A stretch of 32,000 nt of DNA from Candidatus Baldrarchaeota archaeon. Its GTDB lineage: Archaea > Asgardarchaeota > Baldrarchaeia > Baldrarchaeales > DXJG01. Location of the stretch: the NCBI GenBank assembly GCA_019056805.1, contig DXJG01000013.1, positions 818-32,817 on the forward strand, read 5' to 3'. The notes under the pieces are model-generated. The model was not told where the DNA came from. It made no database searches and worked only from the letters and a program-made list of their open reading frames with translations. The position numbers were made by a program, and so were the translations under genes. Of the stretch, positions 20,068 to 28,849 are shown one piece after another (position 1 is the first letter of the stretch; each line of letters begins with the position of its first letter).

Positions 20068-22515
20068 TTATTCCATATTTTGAAGTGTTGATTTCTTTAT
20101 TTCTGGAATATATCTTTTCATCAGCAGTGACCATGAAGTTACTGAAACTGAGCTCATTGCCATGGCTATTCCAGCTAACGCTGGGTATAAAAGGCCCGCT
20201 ACTGCAACCGGAATTAAAACAGTGTTGTAGACAAATGCCCAAAAGAGGTTTTGCTTTACCTGCCTAATTGTTCTCTTACTAAGTTGAATAGCTGCTACAA
20301 CATCTCTCAAGTCATCTCTAACCAAAATAATGTCTCCAGCTTCAATCGCGATATCTGTTCCACTCCCTATAGCAAATCCTACATCAGCTTGAGTTAAAGC
20401 TGGAGCATCATTCACACCGTCTCCAACCATACCAACAATGTAACCTTCTTTCTGAAGCTTCTTTAACTCTTTAGCCTTGTCACCAGGTAAAACGTTTGCT
20501 AACACTCTATCAATACCAAGTTGGGCAGCAATTGCTTTAGCTGTTCTTTCATTATCTCCAGTTATCATCCCAATCTTTACTTTCATCTTTCTGAGTTCTT
20601 CTAATGCTATTTTCGCCTCTCTTCTAGGAACATCCATGATTCCTATTAAACCTATTATCTCATTGTTCACCGAAACACCTACAACTGTTTTTCCTTGTTT
20701 CATTAGTTTTTCAGCTTCTTTTTCAGCTCCATTGAATTTAACTCCTTTCTCCTTCAACAATCTCATACTTCCAACCAATATTTCCAAACCGTTGTATATC
20801 GCTTTAACTCCTTTTCCAGGAATAGATATAAAGTCCTCCGGATCTTCAATTTTCAAATCCTCTCTTAATGCTTTTTCGACAATAGCTTTAGCAAGAGGAT
20901 GCTCTGAATTCTTTTCAGCTATTGCAGCTAATCTAAGAGCTTCTTTCCCTAAATCTCCATTTCCATCAGCTAACACCTCAACCGGCTTTAAACCAACTAC
21001 ATCCGTAACTTCTGGACTACCTTTGGTCAGTGTGCCTGTTTTATCGAAAACAACGATATCTAGTTTTCCAGCCAGTTCTAATGCTTCCCCACTTTTAATC
21101 AAAATTCCATACTCAGCTCCTTTACCCATTCCAACCATTATGGCAGTTGGGGTAGCTAATCCTAGGGCACATGGACATGCCACAACTAGAACAGCAACCA
21201 TATTCAATATGGCCCTTGCTGCTCCAATGTGAAACCCAAAATACCACAGTACGAAAGTTAAGATTGAGATTGATATAACTGTAAAGGTGAAATATCCCGC
21301 TACCTTATCAACTATTTTTTGAATTGGTGGTTTCATACTTATAGCTTCTTCAACAAGCTTAACTACTTGAGCTAAGAAAGTATCACTTCCAACTTTTGTA
21401 GCTCTAATCTTTAAAACTCCTTCTCTATTTACTGTTCCACCTATAACCTCATCTCCAGGTTTTTTCTCAACTGGAATGGATTCTCCCGTAACCATCGATT
21501 CATCCACAGCAGAGTGACCTTCTATAACTACTCCATCTGTAGCTATTTTTTCTCCTGGTCTAACAATCATTATATCTCCTACTTGTATTAATTCAGCTGG
21601 TATTTCCTCTTCAACACCATCTTTTAGAAGTCTTGCTCTTTTCGGCCTTATTTCTAAAAGTTTTTTGATAACAGCAGATGTTTTGCCTTTAGTTTTAGTT
21701 TCTAGATATTTTCCAAGTAGCACAAATGAAATGACTATTGCTGAACTATCGTAGTAGATGTTTCTCCACACAGGTGTGGGGAAAGTATACCACGCGCTTA
21801 AGAGGAATGCAGCTGTTGTACCAATTGAAACTAATGTGTCCATGTTTGCTGTTTTCATTTTAGCTGCCCTAAAAGCTCCTTGATAAAATCTCCAGCCAAC
21901 ACCAAACTGAACTGTTGCTGTTAAAACAAATATAAGGTATCCTGCTAGAGGTGTTCCAGCTAAGGGGAGAAAGCTAAATATTTCTGGATAAGCATAAAGA
22001 ACCACTGGAACCGATAGGATTAAGCCTATAATGGCTAGGCGTTTTAATTTTTTAGCTTCAATTTCTTCAACAGATAATGCAAATTCTTCATGAATAACAT
22101 CTAACCCGTAATCGGTAATAATTTTCTTTATATCGCTAAGAGAAATTAAAGCAGGATTATACTCTAAAAACACTTGACCGTTCACATAATTAACAGAAAC
22201 ATTTCTTACTCCCTCAACTTTCCTAAGGGCTTCTTCTAGCTTGTTAGCATCAATTTGATCTCTTAAACCTCCCACTTGAATCGTAACTTTTTCATATACA
22301 ACATAATAACCAGTCTCTTCAATAGCTTCTTCAATTTTCTTAAGATCGACCTTTTTTGGGTCAAAAACTACCGTAGCTTTTTCCGATGCAAAACTAACCT
22401 CTGCTTTTTCAACGCCATACAGGTTTTTTAAATTCTTTTCTATTGTTAAAGCACATCCAGCACAATGCATACCTCCTATTTTCAAGGAAATTATCCTTTT
22501 TTCTTCCTCAGACAT
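20068..22515 (-). CDS. copA: Cu(I)-translocating P1B-type ATPase
   Basis: GMHCAGC HMA domain, TGES, CPC, DKTGT, EHP, GDGVND, and the YN and MxxSS Cu(I) signatures. Confidence 0.95.
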   Translation of the reverse strand: MSEEEKRIISLKIGGMHCAGCALTIEKNLKNLYGVEKAEVSFASEKATVVFDPKKVDLKKIEEAIEETGYYVVYEKVTIQVGGLRDQIDANKLEEALRKVEGVRNVSVNYVNGQVFLEYNPALISLSDIKKIITDYGLDVIHEEFALSVEEIEAKKLKRLAIIGLILSVPVVLYAYPEIFSFLPLAGTPLAGYLIFVLTATVQFGVGWRFYQGAFRAAKMKTANMDTLVSIGTTAAFLLSAWYTFPTPVWRNIYYDSSAIVISFVLLGKYLETKTKGKTSAVIKKLLEIRPKRARLLKDGVEEEIPAELIQVGDIMIVRPGEKIATDGVVIEGHSAVDESMVTGESIPVEKKPGDEVIGGTVNREGVLKIRATKVGSDTFLAQVVKLVEEAISMKPPIQKIVDKVAGYFTFTVISISILTFVLWYFGFHIGAARAILNMVAVLVVACPCALGLATPTAIMVGMGKGAEYGILIKSGEALELAGKLDIVVFDKTGTLTKGSPEVTDVVGLKPVEVLADGNGDLGKEALRLAAIAEKNSEHPLAKAIVEKALREDLKIEDPEDFISIPGKGVKAIYNGLEILVGSMRLLKEKGVKFNGAEKEAEKLMKQGKTVVGVSVNNEIIGLIGIMDVPRREAKIALEELRKMKVKIGMITGDNERTAKAIAAQLGIDRVLANVLPGDKAKELKKLQKEGYIVGMVGDGVNDAPALTQADVGFAIGSGTDIAIEAGDIILVRDDLRDVVAAIQLSKRTIRQVKQNLFWAFVYNTVLIPVAVAGLLYPALAGIAMAMSSVSVTSWSLLMKRYIPEIKKSTLQNME

Positions 22516-22548
22516 TTTATCACCTCCATAAAAAATGAAAGAGAAGGT

Positions 22549-22719
22549 TTATCCACAACAGTGATGACGTCCACTGGTTTTTACGTATTTACCTGGATTT
22601 TCGTCGAATGCTTTTTTGCAATGTTCACTACAGAAATAGTACACTTTACCCATGTACTCTGACTTATACATTGCAGTCTTTTCATCTACTTCCATTCCGC
22701 AAATAGGATCTTTAGCCAA
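22549..22719 (-). CDS. YHS/TRASH-domain metallochaperone (56 aa)
   Basis: Not in the ORF track. TTG start after GAGGTGA: MAKDPICGMEVDEKTAMYKSEYMGKVYYFCSEHCKKAFDENPGKYVKTSGRHHCCG. Directly upstream of copA. Confidence 0.92.
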   Translation of the reverse strand: MAKDPICGMEVDEKTAMYKSEYMGKVYYFCSEHCKKAFDENPGKYVKTSGRHHCCG

Positions 22720-22768
22720 AACTATCACCTCACATATCTTTACGTGTAGCTTAATATGAAGTTTTTTG

Positions 22769-22783
22769 TTTTCAAATTGAAAA
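22769..22783. promoter_or_regulatory. Putative CopR operator (7-1-7 palindrome)
   Basis: TTTTCAA-A-TTGAAAA, 50 nt upstream of the YHS start and just upstream of an AT-rich TATA-like element. Confidence 0.7.
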
Positions 22784-22905
22784 GAAAGAAATTTGGAGGA
22801 AAATAAAACAAGTAATCATAGTAATATTAATGTAAAAGGTAAAAAAGTAAATTTGACCACCATATACAAGACTGTTCATTTCGTGTTGTTGAATGTATTC
22901 ATAAG

Positions 22906-23058
22906 TTACAAGTGACAGCACATTGACCGGTTTTTCATTAAGCTTCTATCAATCATAAACCCTACTATAAATCCTGCTAATGGAGCAATGAAAGTCCATG
23001 GCCACCCAAGCATATAACCAATCATAAGACCGAGAATGATACCTAAGCAACAGAGCAT
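22906..23058 (-). CDS. Small two-TM membrane protein with Cys-Cys at both ends (50 aa)
   Basis: Not in the ORF track. ATG after GAGGT: MLCCLGIILGLMIGYMLGWPWTFIAPLAGFIVGFMIDRSLMKNRSMCCHL. Has a paralog at 23891-24112. Confidence 0.75.
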   Translation of the reverse strand: MLCCLGIILGLMIGYMLGWPWTFIAPLAGFIVGFMIDRSLMKNRSMCCHL

Positions 23059-23107
23059 TGCAACAACCTCAATATGCTCTCAAAGGCACAATATATATCT
23101 ATTATTG

Positions 23108-23122
23108 TTTCCAATTTGGAAA
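23108..23122. promoter_or_regulatory. Putative CopR operator (7-1-7 palindrome)
   Basis: TTTCCAA-T-TTGGAAA, 50 nt upstream of ATG 23058, with TATATAT at about 23091-23097 in between. Confidence 0.7.
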
Positions 23123-23199
23123 GAAACCAAATATAGCATAAAATTTAATTTTTACATAAAAGACGGATAGAAGTACAGCGAACTTTAAGGGGAAATTAA

Positions 23200-23790
23200 A
23201 TGGACGCTAATGAACATATAATTAAGTTTACCACAAAAAACTGGTTAGGTGTTGGAATATTACTTGTTATTTTGGGATTTTTAGGAATCGTTCAATATAC
23301 GCTTATGGCAAAATTAGGAATCTTTTCTACTTCCTCACTGGAAATAAAAATAAGCTCAGAAGATCCAAGTACAATTATAGCTTTAATAGCATTACTAGGA
23401 GTTCTTCTTATCCATGAGCTAATCCATTTTTCCATAACGAAAAGATGGGATAGAAACGCAAAAATTATCCTACTCGGACCAAAACTTTATAAAATCAGAT
23501 TCCCAACCAGTTTCCTTCTAATATATAATGGAATTACAATAATCCAATACATTATCATAGCCCTATCCCCGCAAATACTTTCAATAATGTTCCTGCTGTT
23601 AATAATAATGCCTATAAGTGAGGCATTAAAGAATTCGATTTATATAATTTATTTTTTCCACTTAATTTCTTCAGCAGGAGACTTTTACGGTGTGCTGTTT
23701 GTAATTTACAAATTTAGATTCAAACCCGTAAAACTTAGCTGTCTAACAAAAGATAATGAGTTTATTGGAGTAAAAGTAGAACCTCTATAA
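23200..23790 (+). CDS. DUF3267-like membrane zinc metalloprotease
   Basis: TM helices, HELIH (HExxH) motif, ALSP and SAGD motifs. Confidence 0.75.
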   Translation: MDANEHIIKFTTKNWLGVGILLVILGFLGIVQYTLMAKLGIFSTSSLEIKISSEDPSTIIALIALLGVLLIHELIHFSITKRWDRNAKIILLGPKLYKIRFPTSFLLIYNGITIIQYIIIALSPQILSIMFLLLIIMPISEALKNSIYIIYFFHLISSAGDFYGVLFVIYKFRFKPVKLSCLTKDNEFIGVKVEPL

Positions 23791-23890
23791 GAAATTTACA
23801 TTATGAAGGGTTATGTCTAAAGTATATTGGTAGATAAGTTTTTAACACGTAAAATCTATCAGAAAGCTGTTTGAAGCTAAGAAACTTTAT

Positions 23891-24112
23891 TTAATCGTTT
23901 TCAGACAATTCGTTGTGTATATGTCTTTCTATTTTTATATCAATAAGTAGCCCTAATATAAGACCTATTAATGGAAGAATAATCACCCATGGTCCCCCAA
24001 TCATGTAACCAGCTATAAAACCCAGAAATACACCTAGGCACCAAATACCACATCTTATCAGCTCAAATCCCCCGGAGTTTTCAAAATTAAATATGCATAG
24101 TATATTTATCAC
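23891..24112 (-). CDS. Small two-TM membrane protein, paralog of 22906-23058; start uncertain
   Basis: WCLGVFLGFIAGYMIGGPWVIILPLIGLILGLLID aligns without gaps to CCLGIILGLMIGYMLGWPWTFIAPLAGFIVGFMID. Confidence 0.6.
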   Translation of the reverse strand: MINILCIFNFENSGGFELIRCGIWCLGVFLGFIAGYMIGGPWVIILPLIGLILGLLIDIKIERHIHNELSEND

Positions 24113-24239
24113 ATAATTTTAATTTTCATTTAATTTTTATATCTATTTTTCATCTTTATCAGTACCCAGAAATGTTGGTGGTTATAATTGTAAATATCCT
24201 GAAATACGGGGAATTACGATATTATTTGATGTTAAACTA

Positions 24240-24839
24240 TTAAGATTGTTTCTTTTTTCGTTCTAAGGCATGTATTCTTTCTTTAAACTCTCTAAGACAT
24301 ATTGGGCAGCAGAAATAAAACCTTCTATTATATAAAGTGTATGTGTAAGGTTCATCTGTGATTTCCTTCCCACAATAGTCACATTTCAGTTTTAAACCTA
24401 ACTTGGGCGCATATTCTGTTTTTTTCACAGTTTTCAGAACAATGTTTGTTTCAAAAGGAATGTTTAGGTCTACAAATTTCTTCAACATGTCTCTAAGCAT
24501 CTTTATATTAGGAATTACCGCCTTACAAATAACATTTTTTTCTCCACTAGTAACATATATCTCGGAAATTACATCCATTTTTTCCAATTCCTCTACCAAC
24601 TGCTCAGTATTAGGTGCCTTAAACCCAATTAAAACTTGAACACCTTGTTCCATTAATTTTTCATCCAAAATAACAGTAAATTTTTTGATTATTCCATTTT
24701 CAATCAACTTCTTTATTCTTTGCCTCACTGTAACTCTGCTTAATCCCAATTCACGAGAAATATCTGAGATAGAGGCACGCGCATTTTCTTGAAGAATTTT
24801 TAAAATTTCATAGTCAATTTCAGTTAAATTCACACCCAT
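24240..24839 (-). CDS. Lrp/AsnC-family regulator with C-terminal TRASH domain (CopR-like)
   Basis: Lrp HTH IDYEILKILQENARASISDISRELGLS; C-terminal CDYCG...FCCPIC. Confidence 0.9.
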   Translation of the reverse strand: MGVNLTEIDYEILKILQENARASISDISRELGLSRVTVRQRIKKLIENGIIKKFTVILDEKLMEQGVQVLIGFKAPNTEQLVEELEKMDVISEIYVTSGEKNVICKAVIPNIKMLRDMLKKFVDLNIPFETNIVLKTVKKTEYAPKLGLKLKCDYCGKEITDEPYTYTLYNRRFYFCCPICLREFKERIHALERKKKQS

Positions 24840-24950
24840 CTTTATACACCTAAAACATCACAAATATTTGGAGACTTAAAGAATATTTACTTCTAACATA
24901 TCTTGCATACGATATGATAATTAAAAATAGTAGTTGTTTAAGTTTATATG

Positions 24951-25781
24951 TTACTCTTGTTTTCGATAGACTATTATTGTGAGTGGAAGAGCTATAGCAA
25001 GATATAACCCGTGAACTATGATTCTTGTCCATTCAGCTTTTACAGTGTAGCCAAACATTACAGCAAATATAGATCCAATAAGACCCTTATGATGTAAAGG
25101 ACTATCACTTGATATATTCAGAACATAAGCATTCTCAGCTAGCCAACCAAGATTAATTCCACTTAATTTCAAGTATTCCATGAGCTCATGTGTACCGTAC
25201 CCTGCTAAACCACCAGCAAGAAGAATCAACAGTACGCTTGTGAAATAGAAGAATTTACGGATGCTTATTTTTATTCCAGTCACAAATATAGCATAAGCAA
25301 ATATAATCGAAGTTATTGATCCGAGAATCATTCCAACAATAGTGCCTACTGTATCATTGAGTAGGAAAGGCATTAGGAAAAGAACTGTTTCAACACCCTC
25401 CCGAAACACGACTACGAACGAAATTGATATTAGTCCAAAAGCCGTTGAACGCGTGGTTACAGCTTCAATACGTTGTTCAATTTCCTTCTTAATATATTTT
25501 CCTTTAGCAGCCATCCAATATATCATTGAAGAAAGTACAACAACTGCTATAAACGCCGTTATGGCCTCAAACAATACTTGAAGTGTTTTTGGAAGAGTTC
25601 CATATACAAACCAGACAAATACACCTAAAATTATGCTTAAAAATAGTGATAGATAAACCCCATACCACACATAACGAGAAAATGATTTTCTACCAGTTCT
25701 AGCTAGGTATGCTAATATTATTGAAATTATAAGAATAGCTTCAAAGGTTTCTCTAAACGTTATTAAGTATTGACCGAGCAT
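24951..25781 (-). CDS. FTR1-family iron permease
   Basis: Two RExxE motifs (FRETFEA, FREGVET) and multiple TM helices. Confidence 0.92.
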   Translation of the reverse strand: MLGQYLITFRETFEAILIISIILAYLARTGRKSFSRYVWYGVYLSLFLSIILGVFVWFVYGTLPKTLQVLFEAITAFIAVVVLSSMIYWMAAKGKYIKKEIEQRIEAVTTRSTAFGLISISFVVVFREGVETVLFLMPFLLNDTVGTIVGMILGSITSIIFAYAIFVTGIKISIRKFFYFTSVLLILLAGGLAGYGTHELMEYLKLSGINLGWLAENAYVLNISSDSPLHHKGLIGSIFAVMFGYTVKAEWTRIIVHGLYLAIALPLTIIVYRKQE

Positions 25782-25815
25782 AGATCCTCAACACGTTAAA
25801 TATCTTCTTATCAAC

Positions 25816-25844
25816 ATACTTATATAACACTGTTATATAAGTAT
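25816..25844. promoter_or_regulatory. 29-bp perfect palindrome over the FTR1 promoter
   Basis: ATACTTATATAACA-C-TGTTATATAAGTAT, 35 nt upstream of the FTR1 start; each arm contains TTATATAA. Confidence 0.6.
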
Positions 25845-25909
25845 TTCTCACACAACAACACAAAAAGAGGACTAATTCCACAGAAATAAAAAATAAAGTT
25901 GAATAAGTT

Positions 25910-26188
25910 TCAAACTTCTATTAACTCTTTAAGAAGAGGGCCAAGAAACTGTCTAACACTTTCAGCTAGCTTTTCTGCCTGTATTAATGTAATACAACAG
26001 GTTTCTCCTTCTCTGCAACATGATATAGCCACTAGTTTATCTCCAGCCTTTAGACCGAGTTTTTCTCTTAAATCTTTAGGTAATAGAATTTGTCCTCTAT
26101 CATCAAGAGTTAGTACGGCTTCAACAGCGCAACGAGGTCTACTGGTACCCGTTGAGGAACAACAATCTTTATCTTCTTTCCGCACCAC
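25910..26188 (-). CDS. AbrB/SpoVT-fold protein with three Cys-Cys motifs (HgcC-like family)
   Basis: LDDRGQILLPKDLREKLGLKAGDKL AbrB signature; DCC, SCC and TCC motifs. Confidence 0.8.
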   Translation of the reverse strand: MVRKEDKDCCSSTGTSRPRCAVEAVLTLDDRGQILLPKDLREKLGLKAGDKLVAISCCREGETCCITLIQAEKLAESVRQFLGPLLKELIEV

Positions 26189-26805
26189 TTAACACCTCTA
26201 TTATAAATATGAAAAATGGGAATATATAAAATTTTCTGATTATACAGAATTTTCTGAAAAATAAAAAGTGTTGTATCGTATGGTGAGAGATCCGAAATTT
26301 TAATTTCAACATACATAATTAGTATTCGTTATTAAATTGTAATTTTAGGCGTTGTTTTACGGGGGAGAAAAGATTTTACAATGGAGATTAAGAACAACTG
26401 AAGATGATAAAAGAACCATAAGATAAATTCGCCTCTTCTTACATGTAGGCAAGACATCCACAAAATAAGAATGCCAGTAAGAACTGGAAATACCAATCAA
26501 CTCTATTTCCTCTATCAAAACCGTTAAAAATTCATTATTTTAAATCTACTTAAGAAATATTGAAATTCTTTAGGGTGGGGAGACTTTGAAGAAGCGGGTG
26601 TTGACCTTCGTACTTTCGGTTCGATACTTACAGTACTTTCTGGCTTCTTTTATCAGTCCCAGCCATACAAATTAGTAAGAAAATCAATGACAAGTATAAA
26701 TTGAACTAATAAAGAAAAATCGGAAGTCACCTTTAAAAGTGCATGGAAAAGTAGTATATAATCTTAAAAACTATATATCTATATCTATATGTAGAGGTGT
26801 TCAAG

Positions 26806-27045
26806 ATGGCTCGGACAATTGCTATTTCTGATGAAGTGTATGAGATGTTAAAGAAGTTGAAGTTACCAGGAGAAAGTTTTAGCGATGTTATTAAAAGGTT
26901 GATAAAGCGTGGCGGACGTCTTTCTGATATTGCTGGCTCTGGAACTGTAACGAAAGAAGGGTGGGAAGAACTGAAGAAGTTGAGAGAAAAGAGGGAAAGA
27001 TTAGATGAGGAAAGGAAAAAGATGTTAATGGAAACTTTACGGTGA
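26806..27045 (+). CDS. vapB: VapB-type antitoxin (DUF217-like)
   Basis: RTIAISDEVYEMLKKLKLPGESFSDVIKRL; lies immediately upstream of the PIN gene; ATG 26806 after GAGGTG. Confidence 0.85.
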   Translation: MARTIAISDEVYEMLKKLKLPGESFSDVIKRLIKRGGRLSDIAGSGTVTKEGWEELKKLREKRERLDEERKKMLMETLR

Positions 27046-27050
27046 TAAAA

Positions 27051-27461
27051 ATGTACCTATTTGACACTGATTTCATTATTAATTTGGTAAGAGGGGACAA
27101 GAGTGCTGTAAGGTTTGCAAAGAAAGTTGATGAAGAAATGGCCTTTCGTGCAATATCGGTTGTTTCTGCACATGAATACCTTCTGGGAGTCTATTTCTCT
27201 CATTGGAAAAATCCAGAAAGACTGTCAGAAATGCTTGTAAAAGCCGAATCAGAACTAATGAGATTTGAAATTATCCCATATACCTATGAAATAGCGAAAA
27301 AATCAGCTGAAATAGACGCTCATCTAACAAAATCAGGTCAAACAATAAGTTTAGCAGATATAATAATTGCGGCAACAGCAATAGTTCACAATTTACAGCT
27401 CGTTACGAGAAATGTAAGACATTTCTCTCGAATTTCAAACTTAAAAATAAAAACTTACTAA
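27051..27461 (+). CDS. vapC: VapC PIN-domain toxin
   Basis: YLFDTDFII, SAHE, DIIIAATA, LVTRNVRHF; ATG 27051 after GGTGA (alternative GTG 27042). Confidence 0.92.
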   Translation: MYLFDTDFIINLVRGDKSAVRFAKKVDEEMAFRAISVVSAHEYLLGVYFSHWKNPERLSEMLVKAESELMRFEIIPYTYEIAKKSAEIDAHLTKSGQTISLADIIIAATAIVHNLQLVTRNVRHFSRISNLKIKTY

Positions 27462-27549
27462 CAAAACACATTTTCCAGATATACATATATAACTGGACAT
27501 TTTCGAGCGGATGTTTACTAACCTTGTATAGGAAATATTGGAACCAAAT

Positions 27550-28368
27550 TTATAGGAAACCTGCTGAAAAGCTTTTATTTTTTATTGCAAACTTCTTAGC
27601 GCATGTAGATAGTAGTTTTCTCGTTCCCCCCGCTTCACTCACTACCTTTAACATCAAATCTACATCAATTATACGTGCACCCATAATGGCAGTTATTCCT
27701 CTTTTAAAGAGAGGATCAGGGACAACAGATGCTGTTGGGCCTAACAATATGAATTCTCTTGCATTTTTACCTAGTTCTAAGAGTCTATCTAATGTTTTGT
27801 TTACAAGAGTGCTACCCGTAGCGATTACGACATCTGCCTCAGGTACAATATATTCTGCTGCAAAATCAGGAAGAATCTCCACGTTTTCCATTTTCAAGAG
27901 GTTTCTTTCAAGTACTATTAACTTATTGGTTTTTTCAAGAATAGAAGGAATAAGTGGCTTAAAAAGCCCAATCATAACAACCTCATCATCCTTTTCCACT
28001 AGATCAACGACGTCTACATTTAAGAAATTGTATTTATCCGCTTCTTTTTCAAACACTATGCTTGATGCTGCATTTAATGTAGCAACCCCGATAGATGCCT
28101 CCAAGAGATTCCAAGAAGATGCAAATTTAACTGCTTCCCTAAGCGACCTACCACTAATACTTCCTTTTATTGAGAGACATATTTCATGTAGAGATGTCAC
28201 GGTTTCCTCAATAAGTGTATACGCGACTCCACCGTGTCCAGATGATAATTTTACCCCCGTGTATAGAAGTCCAATACGTACATCCTCTAAAAGCACATTA
28301 TCAAATAAGGAATCTCCCAGCTTCCTCAAAAGAAAATTCGCTATTTCTTCAACAATGGGTGTTAACAT
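27550..28368 (-). CDS. DUF364 family Rossmann-like protein (putative heavy-metal chelation)
   Basis: EASIGVATLNA, VVMIGLF, DVVIATGSTLVNKT, LLGPTA motifs. Confidence 0.85.
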   Translation of the reverse strand: MLTPIVEEIANFLLRKLGDSLFDNVLLEDVRIGLLYTGVKLSSGHGGVAYTLIEETVTSLHEICLSIKGSISGRSLREAVKFASSWNLLEASIGVATLNAASSIVFEKEADKYNFLNVDVVDLVEKDDEVVMIGLFKPLIPSILEKTNKLIVLERNLLKMENVEILPDFAAEYIVPEADVVIATGSTLVNKTLDRLLELGKNAREFILLGPTASVVPDPLFKRGITAIMGARIIDVDLMLKVVSEAGGTRKLLSTCAKKFAIKNKSFSAGFL

Positions 28369-28423
28369 GACTTCCCCCTTATAACTAATATTTACAGGTA
28401 ATTTTCATTTAATCTAGGTTAAA

Positions 28424-28753
28424 TTATGTTTCCTTAAAGTATTGTTGATAATGTTCTTCTAAAGCTAGTATAAGTTCTCCATAAGATTCAAGTAAATGGC
28501 TTTTCTCATGTTCAGCCTTACTCATCGTCTCCAATGCGTCACTAAACGCCTGTATCGCCTCAAATCTAAGCTTTAACAATTCTTTGAATTGCTCAGGTCC
28601 TGGTTTAACTCCCACTTTCTCAATAGCGTCATTTAACCTTGCAAATTTCGTTATACAGTCTTTTAACGCCTCAATACCTTCTTTTTCATACTTTAAAAAT
28701 TCGTTAAGTCTAACTTCTAGTTTTCGAATTTCCTTGGCCAATTTTTCTGGCAT
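28424..28753 (-). CDS. Hypothetical all-helical protein (109 aa)
   Basis: ATG after GGTGA; amphipathic helices; no family recognised. Confidence 0.65.
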   Translation of the reverse strand: MPEKLAKEIRKLEVRLNEFLKYEKEGIEALKDCITKFARLNDAIEKVGVKPGPEQFKELLKLRFEAIQAFSDALETMSKAEHEKSHLLESYGELILALEEHYQQYFKET

Positions 28754-28849
28754 AATATCACCTAACTATAAATGATAATGGAACATTATTTTAAATCAAT
28801 TTTAGGTCAAACATTGAGAATTAAAATATAATTGTTGTAGGGAATTGTG

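Noticed and set aside
20477-21232. 251-aa plus-strand ORF; similar shadows at 3914-4282, 5785-6471, 10535-10855, 14964-15290 and 15640-16272
   Set aside because: All lie antisense to well-supported genes and have the composition expected of reverse-complement frames.
25910-26188. Mercury methylation locus
   Set aside because: No hgcA (cap-helix corrinoid protein) or hgcB ferredoxin in the window.
26229-26257. AATTTTCTGA direct repeat and TTCTG-n6-CAGAA inverted repeat upstream of the AbrB-CC gene
   Set aside because: Short and AT-rich; not distinguishable from chance without comparative data.
26332-26496. 54-aa hydrophobic minus-strand ORF (MVFPVLTGILILWMSCLHV...)
   Set aside because: TTG start, weak SD, no recognisable family; hydrophobicity is expected from T-rich DNA.
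26770-26792. CTATAT tandem microrepeat upstream of vapB as an autoregulatory operator
   Set aside because: Low complexity and overlaps the expected TATA region.
27524-28384. 286-aa plus-strand ORF
   Set aside because: Antisense shadow of the DUF364 gene; Ser/Thr-rich with no motifs.
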